Source: Pirellulales bacterium (lineage in GTDB: Bacteria; Planctomycetota; Planctomycetia; Pirellulales; JAICIG01). From it: a stretch of DNA of 63,932 bases. The notes under the pieces were generated by a model, which had not been told where the DNA came from, searched no databases, and worked only from the letters and a program-made list of their open reading frames with translations. The translations under genes were made by a program, and so were the position numbers. The DNA is taken from positions 1 through 63,932 of the forward strand of contig JBBDYJ010000025.1 of the NCBI GenBank assembly GCA_040901675.1, given 5' to 3'. Shown here piece after piece: positions 1 to 10,807 of the stretch (position 1 is the stretch's first letter; each line of letters begins with the position of its first letter).

Positions 1-105
1 CGAAAGCTCTCCTCACGGCTCCACGGCCAGCCAGTCTGCCATGACCGGCAGCCCGTGTACATTGGTCATACAAGGGCTGACGACATACTCGATTACTTAC
101 CTCTC

Positions 106-178
106 CCCAGGGCGGCGCTACGCGGCTACCGCCGCTCCGCTGTGCCCTGGGCTGGTATGTTTCGGCCCCTTCGGGGCG
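106..178. repeat. Palindromic extragenic repeat element (CCCAGGGC...GCCCTGGG plus GCCCCTTCGGGGC hairpins)
   Basis: Two inverted-repeat hairpins directly visible downstream of the 210..2513 gene. Confidence 0.45.
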
Positions 179-209
179 AGCGAGTCGAACGCTCTCAGGA
201 AAGACGGCG

Positions 210-2513
210 TCAGGCCCAGCGGATGCGCGACTCGAGGCTGGCGAGCAACTTGGCCTGAATGGCCTCCTGCGTCTCGCCGTGCCGGAGCTGCGCGAGCCAG
301 TGCGCAAGACCGGCCGCGTCGACGGGGCGTCCCAGGTAACTGGTGTACCAGGCCTGAACGTGGCCGCCCCGGTGCTCGTCGCTGGTCACAAAGCGCATCA
401 CCACTTCGGCTCGACTGGTGGCCGCCAGCCTGCCGGTCCAGAAATCGATTTCGGCCGGCAAAGCGGACCGGTTCAACAAGTTCTGATAGAGGGCGGCCAC
501 CCAGTCGGCGTCGGTGCCGCCGGCCGACTGGTAGAACTCGGCCGAAGCGATGATCCGTGCCTGCACGCTCTCGAGGGAGGCGCTGTCCCAGACGCGCAGC
601 CAATGGGCCAGGCCGTCGGCATCGGCGGAGCGGCCCAGGTACTGCTGGTACAAATCGTCGATCACGGCCGAGCGGCGCTCGGTGCTGTAGAGAAAGGCGC
701 CGGCCACCTGTTGGAAGGTGGCGCCGGCCTGAATCGCGTCGAGCCAGCCGAGGATTTCATTGAGCGAGCCGGCGCGGCCCAGAACAGTCTGGTAGAGCGA
801 ATCGACCCAGCGAGCCAGCGTGGGAGGGGTCGAGGCGAGCAACTGCTCCTTGCTGATCAGCGTGGGCTGGAGGCCTCGTTCGCCGAAGCAGTAGTCGACT
901 CCGGCGGCGGCGGGGGCCAGCACGATGCCGGCGAACTGGTCGTTGGTCATCGCGCCGCCCAGACTGCCGAGCGTGTCGATGCCGTCGAGGAAAACCGCCG
1001 GGTGCACTTCGTTGATCCGGTACGTGCCGGGGCGGAGATTCTCGAAGCTGTAGTGGCCGTTGGCGTCGGTCATGGTGGAGAGGTTCACCGCATCGACCAG
1101 GTCGTCGGTGCCGGTGAGGAGAACGGTGACGCCGAAGATGCCGCTTTCGCCGGCGTTTTGCGCGCCGTTGTTATTGATGTCGAGATAGACGCAGCCCGCC
1201 AGGCTGGCCGGCGGCAGCTCGCCGAAGTTGTTGTTCCCGCCGTCGAAGCCGGCCGGGAGCAGAATCTCGGCGAACATGTCGTTGGTCGTGCTGCCGCCGG
1301 GGGTGCCGACGGTATCCTGGCCGTCGAGGAAAGCGGCCGGCTGCGTCTCGGTGATTTCATACGTGCCGGGGCGAAGATTGGCAAAGCCGTAGGCGCCCGT
1401 GGCGTCGGTGGTGGTGGAGGTATTCACCGCGTTGCCCAGGTCGTCGATACCGGTGAGCGTGACGGTGACGCCCTCGATGGGCGGTTCTCCAAGGAAAATG
1501 CCGTCGTTGTTCAAGTCGACGTAGACGACACCGGCCAGGCTGGCCGGCAGCAGCTCGCCGAAGTTGTTGTTGACGCCGTTGAAGCCGGCCGGCAGCAGGA
1601 TGGCGGCGAACACGTCGTTGGTGGTGGTGCCGCCGGGGGCGCCGATGGTGTCGATGCCGTCGAGGAACCCGGCCGGCTGGGTCTCGGCGAGCTGGTACGT
1701 GCCGGGGCGGAGATTGGTGAAGGCGTAGGCGCCGCCAGCGTCGGTGAGGGTGGACAGATTGACGCCGTTGCCTAGGTCGTCGGTGCCCGTGAGCGTGACG
1801 GTGGCGCCGGCGATTCCGGCTTCGCCCAGGCCGCTCTCGAACAGGCCGTTGTTGTTGGCATCATGGTAGACGTGCCCGGCAACCGAGCTGAACAGCGCGG
1901 GAATGGCGCCGATGTTGCCCTTGGCGCCGCCATTGAAGGTTTCGGCAAAGGTGCCGACAAACGTGGAGTTCTCGCTGGTGGTGGTCACGCCGATGTCTTT
2001 TCCGGCCCACAAGCCCACCAGCTCGCCGCCGGTGGGAGTGAAACGGAAATCGTAGCTGTCGGTCGTGCCGATGTCGGAGAAGCCGAACTGGGTGACCTCG
2101 CCGGTCAGAAGCGTGCCGCTGAAATCAACGATCGAGTCGCCATCGACGTCGATCTCGCCGGTGAGCACCAGGTCGTGGCCGGCGACGCCGCCTGTCAGGC
2201 TGCCGGAGCCGTCGACTTCGATCTGGATCTTGAAATCGACCGTGCCGGTTACCGGCCGGATCGGCGAAGCGGCGGACTGCCGGAACAAGAGCGGCGTGGC
2301 ATCGAGATCGAGCCGGTCGGTGGACCCGTCGTAGGCGAGCGTCCCGGTGCTGTCGTAGGTGACGACGGGAAACTGCAGCAGCCCGGCGATGCCCACCAGG
2401 GCCAGCAGCTTGCGGTCTTCCAGAGGCTCCAAGCCCAGACGCGTCGGCGCCGATGGGCACGGCCTGCGGCGGGGCCGGGCACGCCGCAAGAGCTTGTTCA
2501 AGGTAGGACCCAC
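210..2513 (-). CDS. Planctomycete extracellular protein: Planc_extracel motif, beta-domain, three SdrD-B-like repeats, C-terminal DUF4214-like repeats
   Basis: LEPLEDRKLLA motif; three ~113-aa repeats (SxAGxVYxDxNNxG...GxYxFxNLRPGTY...NFGE); C-terminal LYQxxLGRxADxxGLxHW repeats. Confidence 0.85.
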   Translation of the reverse strand: MGPTLNKLLRRARPRRRPCPSAPTRLGLEPLEDRKLLALVGIAGLLQFPVVTYDSTGTLAYDGSTDRLDLDATPLLFRQSAASPIRPVTGTVDFKIQIEVDGSGSLTGGVAGHDLVLTGEIDVDGDSIVDFSGTLLTGEVTQFGFSDIGTTDSYDFRFTPTGGELVGLWAGKDIGVTTTSENSTFVGTFAETFNGGAKGNIGAIPALFSSVAGHVYHDANNNGLFESGLGEAGIAGATVTLTGTDDLGNGVNLSTLTDAGGAYAFTNLRPGTYQLAETQPAGFLDGIDTIGAPGGTTTNDVFAAILLPAGFNGVNNNFGELLPASLAGVVYVDLNNDGIFLGEPPIEGVTVTLTGIDDLGNAVNTSTTTDATGAYGFANLRPGTYEITETQPAAFLDGQDTVGTPGGSTTNDMFAEILLPAGFDGGNNNFGELPPASLAGCVYLDINNNGAQNAGESGIFGVTVLLTGTDDLVDAVNLSTMTDANGHYSFENLRPGTYRINEVHPAVFLDGIDTLGSLGGAMTNDQFAGIVLAPAAAGVDYCFGERGLQPTLISKEQLLASTPPTLARWVDSLYQTVLGRAGSLNEILGWLDAIQAGATFQQVAGAFLYSTERRSAVIDDLYQQYLGRSADADGLAHWLRVWDSASLESVQARIIASAEFYQSAGGTDADWVAALYQNLLNRSALPAEIDFWTGRLAATSRAEVVMRFVTSDEHRGGHVQAWYTSYLGRPVDAAGLAHWLAQLRHGETQEAIQAKLLASLESRIRWA

Positions 2514-2691
2514 GGTTGTCTGGTCTCCGAAGGCAGGAATCGAGATGGGCCGATGGATGTCGCGATGCCGTCCGTGGCCAGCGCCGGCGCGCAGCAGTAG
2601 TGCATTGCCGGCTGTTCGCCGACGACATACGGTGAAAGTTGAAACGATCGATCAAGCCAGTGGTGGCGGCGAGTACACCGCCCTGGCGGTG

Positions 2692-3351
2692 TCAGGCTGT
2701 TTTGAGCCTCCGCCAATGCCGCCGTGCCGGCAGGATCACGCCCAAAGCGGTGAAGGCCAGCAGTAACGTGGAGGGTTCCGGGACCGGCTCCAGCGGGAAT
2801 GTGTCGGATACCCCGAATCCCAGGCCGTTGTCAAACGCGCTGGCGAATGAGCCGGTGAAGCCGGAGCCCTGGGCATCCAGGATCACGCCGGCCTTGGCCC
2901 CATACAGGGCCGCCAGGTCGCCGCCGGTGACGTCGAAGGTGAATTCGAAAAGGTCGCCGCCAGCGTCTTGAAATCCGAGCTGGTCGATGGTTCCGGTCAG
3001 CAACGTTCCGGATGTGAAGACGTCGGCGACGGTGCCGGTGATGGCCAACGTGCCGCTGATCGGCACGCCGGTCAGCGGATCGATGGTGATCGAGATGTGG
3101 AAGGAGCCATCGGTGATCGCGTGGTCCGGTGGATCGATGCCGTCGAAGTCGAGGTGCGAGGCAGTGCCCAGGGCCTCGAAAAGGCCGTTGTCGTCGGGCA
3201 GCGTATAGCTGACCGCGATGAACGTCGACGTGATGTCCGGAGTGCTCTGCGTAAGGTTCAGCAGGCCGGCGTAAGCCGAACTGCCCAGCAGGGCCACGCT
3301 GCAGGCGACCGCCAGGCAAGCCGGCGCCACCGTCCGCGCAAGATGTTTCAT
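2692..3351 (-). CDS. PEP-CTERM sorting domain protein
   Basis: Signal peptide from ATG 3351 (MKHLAR...SAYA) after GAGGAGG; C-terminal VPEPSTLLL + TM + basic tail. Confidence 0.88.
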   Translation of the reverse strand: MKHLARTVAPACLAVACSVALLGSSAYAGLLNLTQSTPDITSTFIAVSYTLPDDNGLFEALGTASHLDFDGIDPPDHAITDGSFHISITIDPLTGVPISGTLAITGTVADVFTSGTLLTGTIDQLGFQDAGGDLFEFTFDVTGGDLAALYGAKAGVILDAQGSGFTGSFASAFDNGLGFGVSDTFPLEPVPEPSTLLLAFTALGVILPARRHWRRLKTA

Positions 3352-3670
3352 AGGTGCCTCCTCTGTAACACCGCCTTGCGATACCACAAACTGGGTAATG
3401 TGCGGTATTTGAGTAATATAGTAATTAGGAGACGGCAGGCGTGTCCAGCAAAAAGAGGGGGTGGAGGAAAAAAAGGCAAGTCGCGGAGGGGCGGCCTCCG
3501 CCTGGGCCAACCCCGGCAGCAAAAGGGGGTTGCGAGGGCTGCGGTGACGGGGGATTCCCGCGGAGCCACTTCGAGTTAGCGGGCTGGCAAGGCCCAAGGC
3601 AGGGAGGATCGCGGCGGGAAGCGCAAAAGGCGCAAGAACGGGGCTTCGGCGGGGGCGGGGTAAGAGGGGA

Positions 3671-3778
3671 AAAGGAATAAGTTCCGTTTTACCAAACAAG
3701 ACGGCCTGGGAAGGCCGTCCAACGTAGGGCGGACCGGGAATCCTGCTCTATGGGGAAACGGAATGAATACCGTTCTAC
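3671..3778. repeat. Degenerate GTAG-type REP palindromes (family A: GTAGAACGGAATTCATTCCGTT)
   Basis: aaacggaatgaataccgttctac at 3756-3778 matches copies at 50881-50977; weaker copy at 3671-3690. Confidence 0.6.
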
Positions 3779-3781
3779 AGG

Positions 3782-4177
3782 TCAGTTCACGGTCCGGTGC
3801 ACGAAGGGGCCGGCAATCTCGTAGCACGGGCCCATTTGGTGGCAGCGGCTCACTTCCATGGCGACTTGAATCTTGTGGCCAGCCGGAGTGGCCAACTCGA
3901 CGGCGATGTGCTCGGCGTGCACCGGGCTGGAGTGCAACAGGGATATGCCGCGGGCCGAGATGTTTCGGACCACCACGGAGAACTGCGGCCCGATGGGCCG
4001 GAGTCGTTCGTCGAGCGCCACGGCGGTTGCCGGCAGGGTGACCGAGTAGCGAGGCGCTTCGCGTCGCTCGATGGCTGGCTCGGCTGTGAGCTGCTTGACG
4101 AAGCCGACGATGGTTTGCGGCGAATGGGCAAACTTGTGCGCGTCGAACTTGACCTGCGGTTCGAGAGCTGGCGTCAC
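3782..4177 (-). CDS. PilZ domain protein (c-di-GMP receptor)
   Basis: RREAPR (RxxxR) and RNISARG (D/NxSxxG) motifs. Confidence 0.8.
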   Translation of the reverse strand: MTPALEPQVKFDAHKFAHSPQTIVGFVKQLTAEPAIERREAPRYSVTLPATAVALDERLRPIGPQFSVVVRNISARGISLLHSSPVHAEHIAVELATPAGHKIQVAMEVSRCHQMGPCYEIAGPFVHRTVN

Positions 4178-4342
4178 GGGTAGCCTCTCAATCGGTGAAG
4201 AATGCTCTGGAGCAAGGATAGGTTAATCGACGGCGTCGGGCAAACCGGCTGTTCACCGGTAGAGATCGAGACGTATAATCGCAAGTCTCCCAATCTGCTC
4301 GATTTAGCGTTGATTGCAGGCATCCATTCCGAGGAACATGGC

Positions 4343-7201
4343 ATGTATTTGGAGCATCCGCGTCTGATCCCCGCCCGGCCCGCCCTGTGGTTGGTTTTGG
4401 CGGTGGCAACGATTTTCCCGGCCGTTCTGGCCGCCGGGGCCAAGGCCGCCGAAGGGCCGGCCAAGGTCGCCAGTATCGAGGGCATCACCGAGTACCGGCT
4501 GGCCAACGGGCTGATGGTCTTGCTCTATCCGGATCCATCGAAGCCGACGGTGACGGTGAACCTGACGGTGTTCGTGGGTTCGCGGCACGAAGGATACGGC
4601 GAGGCGGGGATGGCGCATTTGCTGGAGCACATGCTGTTCAAAGGGACGCCTCAGCACCCGGAGATCCCCAAGGTGCTGCAGGAACGCGGCGCGCGCTTCA
4701 ACGGTACGACGTGGGTCGACCGGACCAACTATTTCGAGACGCTGCCGGCCAGCGAGGAGAATCTCGAATTCGCCTTGCGGTTGGAGGCCGACCGGATGGT
4801 CAACAGCCTGGTGAGGCAGGAGGACCTGCTCTCCGAGATGACGGTGGTCCGCAACGAGTTCGAACGGGGCGAGAACTCGCCGGCGAACTTGCTGGACCAG
4901 CGGATGATGTCGGTGGCCTTCGACTGGCACAACTACGGCAAGTCGACGATCGGCAACCGGGCGGACATCGAGCGGGTGCCGATCCAGAATCTGAAGAGGT
5001 TCTACGTCAAGTACTACCAGCCGGACAACGCGATGCTGGTGGTGGCCGGCAAGTTCGACGAGGCCCAGGCGCTGGCGCTGATCCAGAAATACTTCGGCGC
5101 CATGCCCAAGCCCCAGCGCACGCTCGACAAAACCTACACCGAGGAGCCGCCGCAGGACGGCGAGCGGCTGGTGATGCTGCGGCGCGTGGGCGACGTGGCG
5201 CTGGTGGCGGCGGCCTACCATGTGCCGTCGGGCGGGCACCCGGACATCGCGGCCCTGGAGGTGCTGGGCTACGTGCTCGACACGGCCCCTTCGGGCCGGC
5301 TGTACAAGGCGCTGGTCGAGACGCGGAAGGCGACCCGCGTGTCGGCCGGAGCGAGCAGTTGGCACGATCCGGGGGTGTTCCAGGCGCAGGCCGAGGTGCG
5401 CAAGGAAGACTCGCTGGACGAGGCCAAGGAGATCCTGCTGGAGGTGACGGAGAACATCGGCCAGCACCGAGTGAGCGAGGAAGAGGTGGCACGGGCCCGG
5501 CAGCGGATCCTGAAGCAGCGGGAGCTGGCGGCGGCCAACACCAGCAGCATCGCGGTGCAACTGAGCAACTGGGCTTCGCAGGGGGACTGGCGGCTCTACT
5601 TCCTGCACCGCGACCGGATCGAAGAGGTGACGCCCTCGGAGGTGGAGCGGGTGGCGGCGTCGTACCTGCGTCGGAACAACCGCACGCTGGGAATGTTCGT
5701 TCCGAGCGAGAGCACCCAGCGGGTGGGCGTGCCCGCCACGCCGGACCTGGCGGAGCTGTTGGAGGGGTACACTGGGCGGGAGCAGGTCGCCGCGGGCGAG
5801 GCGTTCGAGGTGTCGCCCCAGAATATTGAGCAGCGGAGCCATCGCTTCACGGTGGCCGACGGCATCGAAGCGGTGTTCCTGCCCAAGAAGACACGCGGAG
5901 AAACCGTGCACGCCCAAGTAGTGCTGCGTTACGGCGCGCTGGAGAGTTTGAAGGGATATCAAGCGGCGGCCGAGCTGTTGCCGCCGCTGATGCTGCGGGG
6001 AACGAAGCAGCTTTCGCGGCAGCAGATTCAAGACGAGCTGGACAGGCTGCGGGCCACGTTGACGGCCTCGGGAGAGACGGGAGCGGCGACGTTCTCGCTT
6101 CAGACCACGCGGGCGAACCTCCCGGCGGTGCTGGAACTGTTGCGGCAGATCGTGCGCGAGCCGTCGCTGCCGCGAAACGAGTTCGAAGTGCTGGCGCGGC
6201 AGCAATTGGCGGGACTGGAAGAGCAGCTCACCGATCCGCAAAGCCTGGCGATCGTCGACGTGCGGCGCAAGGTGTCGCCGTATTCGCAGGACGACGTGCG
6301 ATACGTCCCGACCATCGAGGAGGAAATAGCGCGCGTGAAAGCCCTCACGCTGGAGCAGATGAAGCAGTTGTACGAAGATTACTTCGGCCCGCAGGCGGGC
6401 GAGGTGGCAGTAGTGGGCGACTTCGATCCCGATCAGAACAAGGCGGTGCTCGAAGAGACTTTCGGCGGGTGGACCAGCGAGCAGCCGTACCAGCGGATAC
6501 CGAAGGTGGCCTTCACGGACGTGCCCGGCGGCACGTCGCGGATCGAGACGCCCGATAAGGCGAACGCCACGTATGTAGCCGGCCTGGCCTTTGCGATGTC
6601 GGACACGGATCCGGAATATCCCGCCATGGTGCTGGGCAATTTTGTGCTGGGCGGCGGCTCGCTGTCGTCGCGCTTGGGCGACCGCGTGCGTCAGAAAGAA
6701 GGTCTCAGCTACGGGGTCGGCTCGATGATGTCGGCCGAAGCGCTGGACGAGCGGGCCAGCCTGACGGTGTTCGCCATCTTCAACCCCGGCAATGTCGAGA
6801 AGGTGGAAACGGCCATCCGGGAGGAGATCGAGCGGCTGCTGGCCGAGGGCGTCACGAAGGAGGAGCTCGACCGGGCCAAGCGGGGCTACCTGGAGCAACG
6901 GCAGGTGTCGAGGACACACGACGGCAGCCTGGCCAACACGCTGGCCGAAACGTTGTTCGCCGATCGGACGATGCAGTTCCACGCGGATTTGGAAGCCAAG
7001 ATTGCCGCCCTGAACGCCGAGGAGCTTCAAAGGGCGCTGGCGAAACACGTCGATCCGGCGCGGTTGACGATCGTGACAGCCGGCGACTTCAGCCAACGTG
7101 CCGCTTCGGGCGATGGGCAATCCGCCCCGTCGAATGGACAAGGACCCGGAAAGGGCCAGCCCGGCAAATCCAAGCCCGGCAAGCCGGCGGCCAAGAATTG
7201 A
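4343..7201 (+). CDS. M16 (pitrilysin) family zinc protease, secreted
   Basis: GMAHLLEHMLFKGT (HxxEH), NGTTWVDRTNY, duplicated M16 halves, RQKEGLSYG; signal peptide; start chosen at ATG 4343. Confidence 0.92.
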   Translation: MYLEHPRLIPARPALWLVLAVATIFPAVLAAGAKAAEGPAKVASIEGITEYRLANGLMVLLYPDPSKPTVTVNLTVFVGSRHEGYGEAGMAHLLEHMLFKGTPQHPEIPKVLQERGARFNGTTWVDRTNYFETLPASEENLEFALRLEADRMVNSLVRQEDLLSEMTVVRNEFERGENSPANLLDQRMMSVAFDWHNYGKSTIGNRADIERVPIQNLKRFYVKYYQPDNAMLVVAGKFDEAQALALIQKYFGAMPKPQRTLDKTYTEEPPQDGERLVMLRRVGDVALVAAAYHVPSGGHPDIAALEVLGYVLDTAPSGRLYKALVETRKATRVSAGASSWHDPGVFQAQAEVRKEDSLDEAKEILLEVTENIGQHRVSEEEVARARQRILKQRELAAANTSSIAVQLSNWASQGDWRLYFLHRDRIEEVTPSEVERVAASYLRRNNRTLGMFVPSESTQRVGVPATPDLAELLEGYTGREQVAAGEAFEVSPQNIEQRSHRFTVADGIEAVFLPKKTRGETVHAQVVLRYGALESLKGYQAAAELLPPLMLRGTKQLSRQQIQDELDRLRATLTASGETGAATFSLQTTRANLPAVLELLRQIVREPSLPRNEFEVLARQQLAGLEEQLTDPQSLAIVDVRRKVSPYSQDDVRYVPTIEEEIARVKALTLEQMKQLYEDYFGPQAGEVAVVGDFDPDQNKAVLEETFGGWTSEQPYQRIPKVAFTDVPGGTSRIETPDKANATYVAGLAFAMSDTDPEYPAMVLGNFVLGGGSLSSRLGDRVRQKEGLSYGVGSMMSAEALDERASLTVFAIFNPGNVEKVETAIREEIERLLAEGVTKEELDRAKRGYLEQRQVSRTHDGSLANTLAETLFADRTMQFHADLEAKIAALNAEELQRALAKHVDPARLTIVTAGDFSQRAASGDGQSAPSNGQGPGKGQPGKSKPGKPAAKN

Positions 7202-7367
7202 GCCATCCAAGGCGTGCCTGGGCGAAAGATCGGCCGGCAGGTCCAGTTGCGCCAATGCGCAAGCCACGGCACGCTGCCGGTTCCCCTGTCCGGGGTGAGC
7301 TATATTTTCAATAGCTTTTGGCAGCTTGATTTTGATTTGTTTTCCGGCGGCAACGAGTCCAATCGCC

Positions 7368-7649
7368 ATGGATCATCGCATTCGACACGTCCCACGCCAG
7401 GCGGCGCGGCATGGCTCGCAGCGGCTCGAACACTGGTTCTGGCTGCGGGTGGCTGATTGCGAGCGTTGGTTGGGCAGGCGGTTCAAAGAGTGCCGGCAGT
7501 GCCGAGAATGCGACTCGCCGGTGGAACCGCTCGATACCGTTTGCCGCCACTGCGGAGCATCCGACCCGGCCAAGGTCGCCGTGCGTCCGCTCCATCTGGT
7601 CGCCGGCTTCGGCATCGCCGCCGTCATCGCGTACTTGTGCTTCGGCTAG
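7368..7649 (+). CDS. Small zinc-ribbon membrane protein
   Basis: CRECD...CRHCG Cys pairs and C-terminal TM helix. Confidence 0.55.
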   Translation: MDHRIRHVPRQAARHGSQRLEHWFWLRVADCERWLGRRFKECRQCRECDSPVEPLDTVCRHCGASDPAKVAVRPLHLVAGFGIAAVIAYLCFG

Positions 7650-7767
7650 CGCTTCAACGGCGGCGCGCATTGGCCTATCATGGCAGGCACGCTATTCGTC
7701 GCTGGCCGGCGGGAGCCAGGGCGGAAGACCATCAACTCGTTTTCATGAATCAAGCGAGGTGCGGGCC

Positions 7768-10629
7768 ATGCCGGTAGAAGCACGCCAACTCCGTCGGGGA
7801 CCGTGGGCTGTCTGCCTGGCGATGATCGCCTTCGCCGCGGGTTTCGGCGAGCGGCCGGCCGGCGGGCAAGAGGCCGGAGACGAACGGCCCAATATCGTGC
7901 TGATCTTTGCCGACGACCTGGCCTACGGCGATCTGGGCTGCTATGGGGCCGAGGGGTACGAGACGCCGCACCTGGACCGGATGGCGGCCGAGGGGGTCCG
8001 GCTGACCGATTTTTACGTGGCGCAGGCGGTCTGCTCGGCATCGCGGGCGGCGCTGTTGACCGGCTGCTACTCGAACCGGGTGGGAATCACCGGAGCGCTC
8101 GGTCCGGCCGCGCGGCACGGAATCCATGCCGACGAGGTGACGATCGCGGAACTGCTCAAGGGGCGGGGCTATGCCACCGGGGTTTTCGGAAAATGGCACC
8201 TGGGGCATCGGCCCCAGTTCCTGCCCACGCGGCACGGGTTCGATGAATACTTCGGGCTGCCGTACTCCAACGACATGTGGCCCAAGCACCCGGAGATTGC
8301 CAAGGCTTTTCCGGAGCTGCCGTTGATGGAGGGGGGGGCGGTGGCGGAGATCGACCCGGACCAGGCTCAGCTCACCCGCCGGTACACCGAGCGGGCCGTG
8401 CGGTTCATCGAGCAACACAAGGCAGAGCCGTTCTTCCTCTACTTGCCGCACTCGATGCCCCACGTGCCGCTGGCGGCTTCGGACGCTTTCCGCGGCAAGA
8501 CCGAGCGGGGGCTGTTCGGCGACGTGATCGCCGAGATCGACTGGTCGGTGGGGCAGGTGCTCTCGACGATCGATCGGCTCGGCCTGGACGAACGCACGCT
8601 GGTCCTGTTCACGTCGGACAACGGGCCATGGCTGAGCTACGGCGACCACGCCGGACAGGCAGCGCCCCTGCGGGAGGGCAAGGGGACGACTTTCGAAGGC
8701 GGCGTCAGGGTGCCTTGCGTGGCGCGTTGGCCGGAAAAAATTCCCGCCGGCCGGGTCTGCCGCGAGCCGGCCATGACGATTGACATCCTGCCGACCGTGG
8801 CCCGCCTGGCCGGCGCGCCGCTGCCGGCGGACCGGATTATTGACGGCCGCGACGTCTGGCCGTTGCTGGCGGGAGAAAACGATGCCAGGAGCCCGCACGA
8901 AGCCCTCTACTTTTACTGGGGAGGCGAGCTGCAGGCGGTGCGCAGCGGCCGGTGGAAGCTGCACTTGCCGCACGTGTACCGCAGGCTGCCCCAGGGCGGC
9001 GGAACGATGGGCAAGCCGACGGTCTACGAGCAGGCCTCGATCGGCCTGTCGCTCTTCGACCTGCATGCCGACCCGGGCGAAACGACGAACGTGGCCGGCG
9101 ACCATCCCGACGTCGTAACACGCCTCGAAGAGCTGGCCGAGCAGGCGCGGGACGACCTGGGCGACACCGGGACGAAGCGGCAGCCGAAGAACGCCAGGCC
9201 GCGAGGCGAGTTGGCCGGCCGGCGGCCGAACATCCTGTTTGTGTTCACCGACGATCACGCCGCGCATGCGATCAGCGCCTACGGCTCGCGGATCAACCAG
9301 ACTCCCAACATCGACCGGCTGGCCCGCGGGGGGATGTTGTTCCGCAACTGCTTCGCGACCAACTCGCTTTGCGCTCCCAGCCGGGCCGTCGTGCTCACGG
9401 GCAAACACAGCCATCTGAACGGGGTGATCGATAACCGCGCCGTGTTCGACTCGGCGCAGCAGACCTTTCCCAAGCTGCTGCGCCAGGCCGGCTACCAGAC
9501 CGCGCTCGTCGGCAAGTGGCACCTGAAGAGCGATCCCACCGGTTTCGATCATTGGGCCGTGCTGTCGGCGGCGGGGGGCCAGGGGACGTACTACAACCCG
9601 CAGATCAAGACCGCGGAGGGGACGGCCATACACACCGGCTATACGACCGACATCATCACCGACATGGCGATGGAGTGGCTGCAGGCGGACCGTGACATGG
9701 AGAAGCCGTTCCTGTTGATGTACCAGCACAAGGCGCCGCACCGCGAGTGGGCGCCCTCGCTCGGCCACCTGCGGTTGTACGAGGACGAAGACATCCCCGA
9801 GCCGGAGACGTTGTTCGACGACTACAGCGGCCGATCGAGCGCCGCGGGCTTGCAGACGATGACCATCGAGCGCGATTTGAACGAGTTCGATCTGAAGCTC
9901 AAGCCGCCGGCGAACCTGACCCGCGAGCAGCTCGAGGCCTGGAACGCGGCCTACGAGCCGGCCAACGAGGCCTTCCGTCGAGCCAAGCTGAGCGGCCGCG
10001 AGCTGGTGCGTTGGAAGTACCAGCGGTACATCAAGGATTACCTGCGGACGATCGCCTCGGTCGACGAGAACCTGGGCCGGGTGCTGGATTACCTGGACCA
10101 GTCGGGCCTGGCTGGGGAAACGGTGGTGGTGTACAGCTCGGACCAGGGTTTCTTTCTGGGTGAGCACGGCTGGTACGACAAGCGGTGGATGTACGAGGAG
10201 TCGTTGCGGATGCCGCTGATCGTGCGCTGGCCTGGCGTGGTGCGCGCCGACAGCGTGGACGAGCACCTGGTGCAGAACCTCGACTTCGCGCCGACGTTTC
10301 TGGAGATTGCCGGGGTCGGCATTCCGCCGGACATGCAGGGCCGCAGCCTGGTGGGGCTGCTCAAGGAGTCGGCGGCGGACGATTGGCGGACCAGCGTCTA
10401 CTACCACTTTTACGAGTTTCCCGGGGTTCACGACGTCCGCCGGCACCGGGGGATCAGGACCGACCGCTACAAACTGATCCATTTCTACGAGCTGGACGAA
10501 TGGGAGCTGTTCGACCTGCGGCAGGATCCCCGCGAGCTCGAAAGCGTGTACGACGATCCGCGCCGCGCCGCGCTGGTAGCCGAGCTGAAGCAGGCGCTGG
10601 CGAAGCAGCGGCAGCTTGTGAAGGAGTAG
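7768..10629 (+). CDS. Tandem double sulfatase (two S1 formylglycine-dependent domains)
   Basis: Two PNI...DD starts, two signatures [11 protein letters not shown] and [11 protein letters not shown], two GKWHL motifs; signal peptide. Confidence 0.93.
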   Translation: MPVEARQLRRGPWAVCLAMIAFAAGFGERPAGGQEAGDERPNIVLIFADDLAYGDLGCYGAEGYETPHLDRMAAEGVRLTDFYVAQAVCSASRAALLTGCYSNRVGITGALGPAARHGIHADEVTIAELLKGRGYATGVFGKWHLGHRPQFLPTRHGFDEYFGLPYSNDMWPKHPEIAKAFPELPLMEGGAVAEIDPDQAQLTRRYTERAVRFIEQHKAEPFFLYLPHSMPHVPLAASDAFRGKTERGLFGDVIAEIDWSVGQVLSTIDRLGLDERTLVLFTSDNGPWLSYGDHAGQAAPLREGKGTTFEGGVRVPCVARWPEKIPAGRVCREPAMTIDILPTVARLAGAPLPADRIIDGRDVWPLLAGENDARSPHEALYFYWGGELQAVRSGRWKLHLPHVYRRLPQGGGTMGKPTVYEQASIGLSLFDLHADPGETTNVAGDHPDVVTRLEELAEQARDDLGDTGTKRQPKNARPRGELAGRRPNILFVFTDDHAAHAISAYGSRINQTPNIDRLARGGMLFRNCFATNSLCAPSRAVVLTGKHSHLNGVIDNRAVFDSAQQTFPKLLRQAGYQTALVGKWHLKSDPTGFDHWAVLSAAGGQGTYYNPQIKTAEGTAIHTGYTTDIITDMAMEWLQADRDMEKPFLLMYQHKAPHREWAPSLGHLRLYEDEDIPEPETLFDDYSGRSSAAGLQTMTIERDLNEFDLKLKPPANLTREQLEAWNAAYEPANEAFRRAKLSGRELVRWKYQRYIKDYLRTIASVDENLGRVLDYLDQSGLAGETVVVYSSDQGFFLGEHGWYDKRWMYEESLRMPLIVRWPGVVRADSVDEHLVQNLDFAPTFLEIAGVGIPPDMQGRSLVGLLKESAADDWRTSVYYHFYEFPGVHDVRRHRGIRTDRYKLIHFYELDEWELFDLRQDPRELESVYDDPRRAALVAELKQALAKQRQLVKE

Positions 10630-10649
10630 GGGGCTGTTTTGGGTGGGCG

Positions 10650-10696
10650 ACGGCATACGGAGTGTGCCTGCTACTTTACGGAGTGTGTCTGCTGCT
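10650..10696 (-). repeat. GTAG-type REP palindromes (family B: GTAGCAGGCACACTCCGTRTGCCGT)
   Basis: One full and one partial copy here; related copy at 55204-55230. Confidence 0.6.
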
Positions 10697-10807
10697 ATGG
10701 ACGGCCTGCTGAGAGCCCAGTGCTGAGACCGGGTGGCAAAATGTCGTCGGCGAATGTAGACTGCAATCGGTTGCTTCGTGTCGGGATGTGAGCTTCTTGA
10801 GACGCCG

